In this document: in pieces, positions 9,971-17,251 of the stretch
How positions within the stretch are numbered: position 1 is the first letter of the stretch
How the letters are laid out: every line of letters starts with the position of its first letter
DNA from: an uncultured Gammaproteobacteria bacterium
Lineage (GTDB): Bacteria; Patescibacteriota; Patescibacteriia; UBA9934
Direction: 5' to 3'
DNA length: 64,000 nt
Assembly (NCBI GenBank): GCA_964613815.1
Contig: CAZTKG010000002.1
Location: 23,737 to 87,736 of the forward strand
The notes under the pieces: model-generated
What the model was told of the DNA's origin: nothing
What the model saw: only the letters and a program-made list of their open reading frames with translations
The model's database searches: none
Program-made: the position numbers and the translations under genes

Positions 9971-9999
9971 AAAAAACTGCCTCGAAGGCAGTTTTTTTG
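9971..9999. terminator. bidirectional intrinsic terminator (A-run, ctgcctcgaaggcag hairpin, T-run)
   Basis: Perfect hairpin between convergent genes, flanked by A7 and T7. Confidence 0.8.
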
Positions 10000-10000
10000 A

Positions 10001-10465
10001 TTAGCTGAGCCAGTGGAATATGAATAGGACGACGATGGCTTGGCCTAGGATGGCGTAACGGAGTTTGAAGTCTCCTGTGTGGTACGAAACCATGTTGTGG
10101 TAGTAGAAGTGGAGGTCGTGGAAACGTTTGAAAAGGCGTTTTTTGGAGAATTCGTAGACGCCGATCATGGCGTCTGGGAGGACGGATCCGACGATGGCTG
10201 CGAATAATGGAAGTGTTTCTACGTCGCCTTTTATGTTGAAGGCGGTGAGCATGACGACGACGGTGAAGAAGAAGTCTAGGGTTCCGTAGGTGATTGGAGC
10301 CTTCATGCTTTTGCGGGTTTTGAAGTCGTCTGCGAGTTTGCTGTCGCCGTGCGGGATCATGTCACAAACAAAATGCACGAGGAAGCCAAGGATGAAGCCG
10401 AGGATGGGGTTTCCGACGTGGAATCCGATAACGGTTCCGATGGCTGCATGGGTTGTGACGGTCAT
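10001..10465 (-). CDS. hypothetical integral membrane protein (possibly DUF457/YdjM-like metal-dependent hydrolase family)
   Basis: 154 aa with multiple TM helices and His/Asp-rich loops; C-ending codons typical of - strand genes here. Confidence 0.55.
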   Translation of the reverse strand: MTVTTHAAIGTVIGFHVGNPILGFILGFLVHFVCDMIPHGDSKLADDFKTRKSMKAPITYGTLDFFFTVVVMLTAFNIKGDVETLPLFAAIVGSVLPDAMIGVYEFSKKRLFKRFHDLHFYYHNMVSYHTGDFKLRYAILGQAIVVLFIFHWLS

Positions 10466-10510
10466 ATGGAGTTAGTATAGCATTCGTTATGAGGTATTTG
10501 GCTTTTGTTG

Positions 10511-10551
10511 GGGAAAAATGAAACCCGGCGCGTCTAGGGTGACGCGCCGGG
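10511..10551 (-). terminator. GC-rich hairpin (cccggcgcgtc-tagggt-gacgcgccggg) with a U-rich tract on the - strand
   Basis: 11-bp perfect stem; the - strand continues UUUCAUUUUUCCCC. Confidence 0.6.
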
Positions 10552-10580
10552 CGATCCGCGGGGGAGGGGCGGCTATTCCA

Positions 10581-11051
10581 TCAGGAATCGAGGCTCGCCA
10601 TCGACGAGGACGACTTTTCCCGGAGACTTTTGTCGAGGGCGTGGTGGGTTGAGGTCCACGGCAGCTGTGAGTCTTCGTTTTGGGTCGTCTTTGATGTTCG
10701 CGGCGAGCCGTGGGACACTGGGAGCCGATTCTGTGGTCGGCTTTGCCTTGTGAGGCGGTTGAATGTTCCCGTTGTTCCGATGAGTGCCCCGAGGATGATG
10801 GCCTCTTCGATGGGGATGACCCAGAGCGGCGGGAAGGCCGCATTCAGGGCGACGTAGAGGGGGATGAAACATGCAATTTCGATCGCGAGAACGATCAAGA
10901 AAATTGCCGTTGCGATCGGTGAGGAGTTGGCACGAATGTGCCAAGCTGCCTCGCTTATCTCCTCTGCGGCGCGATCCCATCCCGCGCGGGTGAGTGCCCA
11001 GGCGCTTTTTAGGAGCTTGAACCTTCCTGGGCGGAGTTTTGTTGTCATGGA
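10581..11051 (-). CDS. hypothetical small membrane protein (C-terminal half low-complexity; possible frameshift)
   Basis: ATG at 11049 preceded by GGAGAAAT. The first ~100 aa are hydrophobic (FLIVLAIEIACFIPLYVALNAAFPP...). The C-terminal part looks like out-of-frame sequence, and three overlapping frames are open here. Confidence 0.35.
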   Translation of the reverse strand, partial: SMTTKLRPGRFKLLKSAWALTRAGWDRAAEEISEAAWHIRANSSPIATAIFLIVLAIEIACFIPLYVALNAAFPPLWVIPIEEAIILGALIGTTGTFNRLTRQSRPQNRLPVSHGSPRTSKTTQNEDSQLPWTSTHHALDKSLREKSSSSMASLDS

Positions 11052-11152
11052 TTTCTCCTTTGTATGACGTTGAAATATAGCATAAAAATGAGGTTTTGTC
11101 AAGTGAAAAATGGCTAAAGTTAACAAAATTTTACGAATATTGGGTATTTTTT

Positions 11153-11196
11153 CCTTGATACAAAAGTGGTCCGTACGGACCACTTTTGTATCAAGG
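11153..11196. repeat. 44-bp perfect palindrome, copy 1 (ccttgatacaaaagtggtccgtacggaccacttttgtatcaagg)
   Basis: Exact self-complementarity over 44 bp; a second copy lies at 11767-11810. Confidence 0.9.
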
Positions 11197-11275
11197 AGAA
11201 GGTTGTTTGAAATGATGTTTTTTGTGGCCTACGGTTGGTTTTATAACAAAAACACATCGTTACACGATGCGCTTT

Positions 11276-11352
11276 TGGTGGCTGGAGTGGGGCTCGAACC
11301 CACGACCTAAGGCTTATGAGTCCTTCGCTCTAACCAACTGAGCTACCCAGCC
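11276..11352 (-). tRNA. tRNA-Met (anticodon CAU; could alternatively be tRNA-Ile2/lysidine type)
   Basis: Cloverleaf GGCTGGG-TA-GCTC..GAGC-..CTCATAA..-GTGGGTTCGAGCCCCAC-TCCAGCC-A-CCA, with CCA encoded. Confidence 0.85.
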
Positions 11353-11468
11353 AGGTTTGATTTCTGCTCGATCGTATCAGTATTTTTGTGTGTCGACAAG
11401 ATGTCTAGGTTGTTGCCCGTTCTTTGCTCTATAGGATCGAGCTACGAAGGGCACTCCTCTTCGAGGAG

Positions 11469-11606
11469 TGGTGGCCAGAGAGGGGAGTGTTTGCTGCGCA
11501 AACGGAGTATCTGCGTCGTTCGGGTGTATTCAAGCGAGCTTGAATACACCGCTCTCTATCCTCGATACAGCGAACCCGGGTGAGGGTTCTCACCCCTCTC
11601 TGGCCA
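11469..11606 (-). ncRNA. tRNA-Leu 3'-end-derived inverted-repeat element (structured RNA or MITE-like)
   Basis: 18 nt identical to the tRNA-Leu 3' end (..CCCCTCTCTGGCCACCA on the - strand), with a 14-bp inverted copy 106 nt away. The interior holds three near-perfect hairpins. It lies between tRNA-Leu and tRNA-Met on the same strand. Confidence 0.4.
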
Positions 11607-11625
11607 TCAAATAAAAACATTCTTG

Positions 11626-11712
11626 TGGTGGCCAGAGAGGGGATCGAACCCTCACGGTATTGCTACCACGGGATTTTGAGTCCCGCGCGTCTACCAGTTC
11701 CGCCATCTGGCC
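11626..11712 (-). tRNA. tRNA-Leu (anticodon CAA), type II with a long variable arm
   Basis: GGCCAGATGGCGGAACTGGTAGACGCG..CTCAAAA..TGGTAGCAATACCGT..GGGTTCGATCCCCTCTCTGGCCACCA. 87 nt, with CCA encoded. Confidence 0.9.
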
Positions 11713-11766
11713 GTGCGCAGAGTGTATGAAAAAATGGTCGGTTTGTCAATGGATATTTGTTACTCT

Positions 11767-11810
11767 GCTTGATACAAAAGTGGTCCGTACGGACCACTTT
11801 TGTATCAAGG
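11767..11810. repeat. 44-bp palindrome, copy 2 (43/44 identical to copy 1)
   Basis: tgcttgatacaaaagtggtccgtacggaccacttttgtatcaagg. Followed by AGG, giving AAGGAG. Confidence 0.9.
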
Positions 11811-11838
11811 AGGCGGGGGGAAGGTTTTGTGAGGGGTG

Positions 11839-13020
11839 ATGGCTGCTGGTTGGGAATTTATGATAAGATCTTGGCATATGGATTACAATCAATTGGCTTT
11901 GGAAAAGCATGCAGAATTAAAGGGAAAGATTGGGCTTGAAGTGAAAAGTTCTTTGGCGACTCGAGAGGATCTTTCTTGGGCTTATACGCCTGGAGTTGCA
12001 GAGCCTTGTCGGCGGATTGCGGAGAATAAAGAGGATGTTTGGAAGTATACGGCTCGCGGGAATTGGGTGGCGGTTGTGAGTGATGGGTCAGCGGTGCTTG
12101 GACTTGGGGATATTGGGCCTGAGGCTGCGCTTCCTGTTATGGAAGGGAAGGCTGCACTTTTTAAAGAATTTGGAGGGGTTGATGCGTTTCCGTTGGTTTT
12201 GGATACGCAGGATGTTGATGAAATCGTCGCTATTGTGAAGGCGATGGCGCCTAGTTTTGGGGGGATAAATTTGGAAGATATTTCTGCGCCTCGGTGTTTT
12301 GAAATTGAGAAGCGATTGACGGAAGAGTTGGATATTCCGGTGTTTCATGATGATCAGCATGGGACGGCGGTAGTAACGCTTGCGGCGGTTTTGAATGCGC
12401 TTAAGGTTGTGGGGAAGAAGATTGAAGATGTGACTGTGGCGATGAGTGGGGCTGGGGCAGCTGGGATTGCTTGTGCGAAGATTTTGATTGATCAGGGGGT
12501 TGGGAATGTGATTATGGCTGATAGTCGTGGGATTTTGAGTTCTGATCGGGACAATTTGAATGATGCGAAGAAGGCGATGCTTGCGGTGACGAATCGGAAT
12601 GATCTATCTGGGAGTTTGACTGATGCGATGAGAGGAGTTGATGTGTTCATTGGGGTGAGTGCGCCTGGAGTGGTGAATACAGAAATGGTTCAGTCGATGA
12701 ATGAGGGGGCGGTGGTGATCGCGATGGCGAATCCTGTGCCGGAAATTATGCCAGATGAGGCGAAAGCTGGTGGGGCTGTGGTGGTTGCGACTGGGCGGAG
12801 TGATTTCGCGAATCAGGTGAACAATGTTTTGGCGTTTCCTGGGATTTTTCGAGGGGCGCTTGATGTGCGGGCTAAGGCGATTACGAGTGAGATGAAGCTT
12901 GCGGCGGCGAAGGCACTTGCGGATAGTGTTGAGGTGCCGACTGCGGAGAATATTATGCCGGATGTGCTTGATAAGCGTGTGAGTGAGCGGGTCGCGGAAG
13001 CGGTTCGTGAAGTAGCTTGA
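11839..13020 (+). CDS. NAD(P)-dependent malic enzyme (malate dehydrogenase, oxaloacetate-decarboxylating), short form
   Basis: YTPGVAEPC, VVSDGSAVLGLGDIGP, PVMEGKAALFKEFGG and a GAGAAGIA Rossmann motif. RBS GAGGGG sits before ATG 11839; ATG 11878 is an alternative start. Confidence 0.85.
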   Translation: MAAGWEFMIRSWHMDYNQLALEKHAELKGKIGLEVKSSLATREDLSWAYTPGVAEPCRRIAENKEDVWKYTARGNWVAVVSDGSAVLGLGDIGPEAALPVMEGKAALFKEFGGVDAFPLVLDTQDVDEIVAIVKAMAPSFGGINLEDISAPRCFEIEKRLTEELDIPVFHDDQHGTAVVTLAAVLNALKVVGKKIEDVTVAMSGAGAAGIACAKILIDQGVGNVIMADSRGILSSDRDNLNDAKKAMLAVTNRNDLSGSLTDAMRGVDVFIGVSAPGVVNTEMVQSMNEGAVVIAMANPVPEIMPDEAKAGGAVVVATGRSDFANQVNNVLAFPGIFRGALDVRAKAITSEMKLAAAKALADSVEVPTAENIMPDVLDKRVSERVAEAVREVA

Positions 13021-13093
13021 ATTTGTTGACAAAAATGGGGTGAAAATGTATATTGCGCCTGCGGGGTAGAGCAGTCTGGTAGCTCGTTGGGCT

Positions 13094-13733
13094 CGACCCG
13101 AAATTAGTTTGAACTTTTCATGACAAAGTTAAAAGGTGATATTGCGGAGCAAGCGGCGATCCTTCATGCTTTGAAACGAGGTTGGGAAGTGTTGATTCCA
13201 AACGGTGATCGACTTTCGTATGATCTTGTTTTCGATGTTCATGGTTCGCTTGTCAAAATTCAGGTCAAGTCTTCTTGGTTTGACCAGAACCGGAAAAATC
13301 ATGTTGTTGATTCTCGTAGAACTAAGACGAATCGTCGTATTATGAAGCGGGAATTGTATCAATTTGGTGATTTCGATTTTGCTCTCGTATATGTCGATTC
13401 TCTCGATATTTTTTATGTATTTCCTTTTGAAGAATTTGTCAGCTACAAAAGCGAGATTCACTTGGTAGAATCTGATAAACGTCAGAGAAAGCCGCGTTCT
13501 GCAGCGTTTCGTGATTCTTGGAACTTAATTTCATTATGGGCTGCGTAGTGCGAAAGCGTTACGTGACTCCTGTCAAATTCGGGGAAGCCTTTTGCAATGG
13601 TAATCCCGAGCCAAGCCCGCAAGGGAAGGTGTAGAGACTTGATGGCAGGCACCCTAACGTTTAGTCGAGGGTGAAGGTAAAGTCCAGACCACAAATTCAC
13701 ATTTGTGAAGCAGTTAAAGCTGTAGTTGGTATG
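13094..13733 (+). other. group I intron (self-splicing type) inside tRNA-fMet
   Basis: Core-like R and S elements (GUAGAGACUUGAUGG and AAGGUAAAGUCCAGACC, matching the P7 strands), a terminal G, a U at the exon -1 position, and an ORF in a 5' peripheral loop. Confidence 0.65.
13120..13548 (+). CDS. intron-encoded putative homing endonuclease, PD-(D/E)xK / Hjc-like fold (I-Ssp6803I-type)
   Basis: 142 aa. KGDIAEQAAILHALKRGWEV...YDLVFDVHGSLVKIQVKSS parallels the Hjc/Vsr-type E...D...(E/Q)VK motif. It lies wholly inside the tRNA-fMet intron. Confidence 0.55.
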   Translation: MTKLKGDIAEQAAILHALKRGWEVLIPNGDRLSYDLVFDVHGSLVKIQVKSSWFDQNRKNHVVDSRRTKTNRRIMKRELYQFGDFDFALVYVDSLDIFYVFPFEEFVSYKSEIHLVESDKRQRKPRSAAFRDSWNLISLWAA

Positions 13734-13805
13734 CATAACCCAAAGGTCACTGGTTCAAATCCAGTCCCCGCAACCAAAAGATCTTCTGCATGGCAGGGGA
13801 TTTTT

Positions 13806-13840
13806 TGTTTAAAAAAATAAGCCCGAGAATGGGCTTAGCG
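13806..13840 (-). terminator. intrinsic terminator for the - strand gene (taagccc-gagaat-gggctta, then U7 on the - strand); a T-run also precedes it on the + strand
   Basis: 7-bp stem flanked by A7/T6. The stop codon of the 13835-14431 gene sits inside the stem. Confidence 0.65.
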
Positions 13841-14431
13841 TGGCATGAGGGTGCTGGCGATGATTGTGGCCGCGTGACCTCCGATGTGGAGGGTTTTTGG
13901 TCTTGCCTTTCGTGGGAGGCGGGAATGTTCGATGGAAGTGATGGTGGTTTCGGCTTCGTCTGCGAGTGATTCGTGGAGGCGTGTGCGTAGGATGCGTTTT
14001 GCCTCTTTACGTGTGTAGCAGATGTAGACGACGGGATGGCCATCTGGGGTGAGGAAGGCGATGGTGAAGATTGCGGGAGGCTGTTGGCTTTCGGGGTTGA
14101 TGGTTACATCTGCGTAGAGGATGCATGGGGAGGTTCTTGGAAGGGGGCGCTGGATGGCCGTTCCTTCAATCATTGAGGCGAGCCAGAAGGCGGTGAAGCC
14201 TTGGATGTTGAGTTTGGTGGATGAGGCGTTTTCCGGGAGGCTTGAGTTGTCTACTTGGTTGAGACACTGTTTGATTCTTTTGGAATCGACGTGCCTTTCG
14301 ATGAAGTCTCGTGTTTGTCGTTTTGAATGACAGACGGTGATGCAGGGGGTTCTTCCGATGGCGCCGATGATGAGGACGTTGGGGGTTGTGGGGGACGGTG
14401 CTGTTGGGAGGGAGATGTAGGAGATTCTCAC
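13835..14431 (-). CDS. hypothetical protein (198 aa)
   Basis: GTG start at 14431 preceded by AAGGA, with a -35/-10 promoter upstream (TTGACA..AATATA). No recognisable family. Confidence 0.55.
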   Translation of the reverse strand: MRISYISLPTAPSPTTPNVLIIGAIGRTPCITVCHSKRQTRDFIERHVDSKRIKQCLNQVDNSSLPENASSTKLNIQGFTAFWLASMIEGTAIQRPLPRTSPCILYADVTINPESQQPPAIFTIAFLTPDGHPVVYICYTRKEAKRILRTRLHESLADEAETTITSIEHSRLPRKARPKTLHIGGHAATIIASTLMPR

Positions 14432-14461
14432 GATTGTCCTTTTGTGAATGAGCGAAGGGGT

Positions 14462-14491
14462 TATATTGTGTTATTTTTTTGGTTTTGTCAA
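14462..14491 (-). promoter_or_regulatory. sigma-70-like promoter on the - strand (TTGACA-N18-AATATA) upstream of the 198-aa gene
   Basis: Hexamers read on the - strand; ~30 nt upstream of the GTG start. Confidence 0.4.
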
Positions 14492-14927
14492 CTTCTGAAC
14501 AGCAAAACGCGGCCTAGGTGGGCCGCGGAGAGGGGAGAGGGAGAGAGGTCAGGGTCATGCCGATGGCGATGATGGTGAGACCGATGAGGATGGCTCCGTC
14601 GGGGATAATGAGTCCGCCGGCGGAGGTGGTGTAGAGCATTGTTTTGAGCACTTTTGGACCTTGAGGGTTTGGGTTGTGGTTTGAGTTTAGCAGGAATTAT
14701 AGAAATGGGAAGACGGTCCTGTGGGGGTCGTCAGTTGGTGGGGGTGGGGAAGATGAGGAGGCTGATCGCTGGCGTTGCGATGAATGCCGCGATCAGGTCC
14801 AGAAGTAATTCTGGGGTGATGAGTTCTATGGTTGCTCCCGGGAGCTGTTCGAGGAGGCGAAGGGGCTCGTCTCGTCGATGGGCTGCCGAAGGGGCTGGGG
14901 TTGGACCAGGCCCTTCGGTGAGGTGAG

Positions 14928-15407
14928 CTAGAATGCTCTGTCCCTCGGGGGGATGTTTCCGAGGTAGAGCTGTGTGTTCCGGGGGGTGAGTCCGGGGTTT
15001 TTCGTGGCGAGTTCTGCGCGGTGGGAGCGCAGAGAATCAGTTTCGAAGAACTCGACGTCGGCACCGGGGTTGGTGGTTTCGATGTCGATCTTGATGATCT
15101 CGATGCTGGCATCGAGATCGATCAGGCTGGTGCCGGTGATGGTGTGATAGGTCACATCATCGCCGTCAGTAGCGATCACCTGCATGGCCAGGGGGTCCCA
15201 GCCAAGGGTGATGTTGAGAGAGGGGATGAAGGGGAACAAAGAACCTTCTTTTGGGCTCTTGAGGAAGCGAAGGGATTTCGCTGCCTCGTTGAGCCATCGA
15301 GTTATGGCTCGATGGGGAAGCGTTTGGGGATGAAGGGGAGGTAGATCAGCGCGGTCCAGAGCACGAGGTCGATTGGTGATACCGAGGAGTTCGAGAAGGA
15401 TGTTCAT
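14928..15407 (-). CDS. hypothetical protein (159 aa)
   Basis: ATG preceded by AGAGG. Protein-like composition (…TDGDDVTYHTITGTSLIDLDASIEIIKIDIETTNPGADVEF…). The overlapping + ORF is low-complexity. Confidence 0.45.
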   Translation of the reverse strand: MNILLELLGITNRPRALDRADLPPLHPQTLPHRAITRWLNEAAKSLRFLKSPKEGSLFPFIPSLNITLGWDPLAMQVIATDGDDVTYHTITGTSLIDLDASIEIIKIDIETTNPGADVEFFETDSLRSHRAELATKNPGLTPRNTQLYLGNIPPRDRAF

Positions 15408-15462
15408 GTGAGCCTCTGAAAAGGCGAGGGGGTGAATCGTCTGTTCAGTAGGCTGCCGGAAG

Positions 15463-15684
15463 CTAGGTGTTCCGGCGTTTGAGTTTGGCGATGGTTTCCT
15501 GGAGGTTGACGATGAGGGTTTGAGTTCCCCATGTGGTCTCGATCCAGGCTAGGAGTTTGATTATTCCTTTGGAGGGGTGGTGTGGGTGGAAGGTTTCTGC
15601 GGCGAAGTCGATGACCTCGCCGTTTCGGATGATGTTGGCGGTGACGGTGTTGGGGTCAGGTGCGGCGATGGTGGCGAAGAGCAT
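15463..15684 (-). CDS. hypothetical small protein (73 aa)
   Basis: ATG preceded by GGAGAAAAC. Confidence 0.4.
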   Translation of the reverse strand: MLFATIAAPDPNTVTANIIRNGEVIDFAAETFHPHHPSKGIIKLLAWIETTWGTQTLIVNLQETIAKLKRRNT

Positions 15685-15772
15685 TTTGTTTTCTCCGAAG
15701 GGTTCAGCGGATGAGGAGCTAAGCGGTGCATTTTGCTTTGCTGTCTCAATGGGCTGCCGGAGCGTGACGAGG

Positions 15773-16033
15773 TCACGGTCCGGCGAGTCTCAGGCCGTTG
15801 CCTGGGAGAGGAAGGCGTGGATTTCCTTTCTTTCGTTGAGTTTGAGGTGTGGGAGGGGGTAGTAGTGTCCCCAGCCTTCGAATTCGATGAGCATGGCGGT
15901 GAAGAACGCGAAAGGGGGCGATCGGGGCGACGACGAGAGCGATGCCGGCAGCACCGAGAAGGGCGCCGGTTAGGGCGATTGCCATCAGGGATGAGGCGAA
16001 GAGGGCGAGGAGGGCGATGGCGATGGTGGTCAT
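15773..16033 (-). CDS. hypothetical small membrane protein (86 aa)
   Basis: N-terminal 40 aa strongly hydrophobic. No clear RBS. Confidence 0.25.
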   Translation of the reverse strand: MTTIAIALLALFASSLMAIALTGALLGAAGIALVVAPIAPFRVLHRHAHRIRRLGTLLPPPTPQTQRKKGNPRLPLPGNGLRLAGP

Positions 16034-16466
16034 GCGATATTCCGGTTCTGATGTGAGGGGGCTTGATCAAGATGTTTCTCATCTTTTCACGTCTATATAA
16101 TAGCACATTTTTGTGTTTTTGTCAAGGTGTTTTGGACAGTATTTATGTGTGTAAAATGGCTAATTTTGGCGTAGTTTTGGTTGTTTTTGTGGTTTTTTGT
16201 TAGGGTATTTTTGTGTGGAATTTGCGGAGGGGAGGATCTCTCCGCAAGGTCGAGATGGGGGGAGGGGTGATTTTGATTTCGAATGGATCCTTCGTTCCTC
16301 AGGATGATGTGGGGGAGGGGGGTCCCTGCCTGTGGCAGATCTGGCTTTGCCAGATTTCGACTCCGCGTTGCTTCGCTCAGGATGACATGGAAAGAGAGGG
16401 GGGATTTTGAAGGTGTTCACATGTTTTTTGGTTGGGAGGTTTGAGCTTGATATACTAGAGATCCAT

Positions 16467-17243
16467 ATGGCACATATTGTTTCTGTTGTGAATCAAAAGG
16501 GTGGAGTTGGAAAATCGACCACGTCGGTTAACTTGGCCTCTTTTTTGGCTCATTTGGGGAAGTATGTGCTTCTCGTGGATTTGGATCCTCAGGGAAATGC
16601 TTCTAGTGGGCTTGGGCATGATATTTCGGATACGCTTGGGACGTATCATGCGATAACGCAGGCGCATCCGGTCGATAAATTGATTGTTCGGACGAATCAG
16701 GATGGATTGATGCTTTTGCCAACAGGGCCGGATCTTGCGGGGGCTAGTGTGGAGCTTGTGAGTCAGTTCAATCGGGAGAAGAAGCTTTATGATGCGTTGA
16801 TGGGGATTCGGAATGATTATGATTATGTGCTTATTGATAATCCTCCCAGCTTAGGAATGTTGACGATTAATGGGATGGTTGCGGCGGATAGTGTGCTTAT
16901 TCCTGTGCAGGCGGAGTATTATGCGCTTGAGGGGCTTGGGCAGCTCATGCATACGATTGGGATGATTCGTTCTAGTGTGAAGCCGGATTTGCAAATTTTG
17001 GGTGCGGTGATTACGATGTTTGATAGTAGAACGAAACTTTCGAATCAGGTTTTGGAGGAGTTGTACCAGCATTTTCCAGAGAAGATTTTCCGTAGTGTGA
17101 TTCCTCGGAGTGTACGACTTGCGGAGGCTCCTAGTTTCGGGCAGTCGATTTTGCATTATGACTCTTCGAGTAAGGGGTGTAAGGCGTATGAGCGACTAGC
17201 GCGTGAATTTTTGATTCGTGAAGGACAGCTTTCAATTTCTTAA
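16467..17243 (+). CDS. parA: chromosome partitioning ATPase ParA/Soj
   Basis: Deviant Walker A (VNQKGGVGKSTTSVNLA), DLDPQGN, and ParA-type Walker B. Confidence 0.9.
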   Translation: MAHIVSVVNQKGGVGKSTTSVNLASFLAHLGKYVLLVDLDPQGNASSGLGHDISDTLGTYHAITQAHPVDKLIVRTNQDGLMLLPTGPDLAGASVELVSQFNREKKLYDALMGIRNDYDYVLIDNPPSLGMLTINGMVAADSVLIPVQAEYYALEGLGQLMHTIGMIRSSVKPDLQILGAVITMFDSRTKLSNQVLEELYQHFPEKIFRSVIPRSVRLAEAPSFGQSILHYDSSSKGCKAYERLAREFLIREGQLSIS

Positions 17244-17251
17244 ACTATTGT

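Larger units (their letters stand above)
13060..13776 (+). tRNA. initiator tRNA-Met (tRNA-fMet, CAU) interrupted in the anticodon loop by a group I intron (exons 13060-13093 and 13734-13776)
   Basis: Exon 1 TGCGGGGTAGAGCAGTCTGGTAGCTCGTTGGGCT and exon 2 CATAACCCAAAGGTCACTGGTTCAAATCCAGTCCCCGCAACCA. The joined sequence is near-identical to bacterial tRNA-fMet, with three G-C pairs in the anticodon stem. Splicing after U33 leaves a U at -1 and a terminal intron G. Confidence 0.8.

Noticed and set aside
10487-11183. Three overlapping - strand ORFs (200, 135, 118 aa), suggesting a frameshifted gene
   Set aside because: Only the first ~100 codons from ATG 11049 look protein-like, and the alternative frames are low-complexity. 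This is annotated as one low-confidence gene rather than a pseudogene, because no frame gives a convincing continuation.
14515-14639. 40-codon hydrophobic mini-ORF (MLYTTSAGGLIIPDGAILIGLTIIAIGMTL…) on the - strand, ending at a GC hairpin
   Set aside because: It has no RBS and no conservation evidence. It is too short to call and lies in a region with no convincing coding signal.
14731-14940. - strand frame encoding a hydrophobic C-terminus (…LLLDLIAAFIATPAISLLIF…*)
   Set aside because: There is no in-frame start codon (ATG/GTG/TTG) upstream, and the upstream part is Pro/Arg/His-rich antisense-type sequence. It is probably noise or a decayed gene fragment.
16110-16466. Possible parS / DnaA-box / oriC elements in the 360-bp T-rich region upstream of parA
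   Set aside because: No match to the TGTTNCACGTGAAACA parS consensus or TTATCCACA DnaA boxes was found by eye, only short hairpins and a TATAAT at 16096. The compositional skew does not switch here, so it is not an origin.
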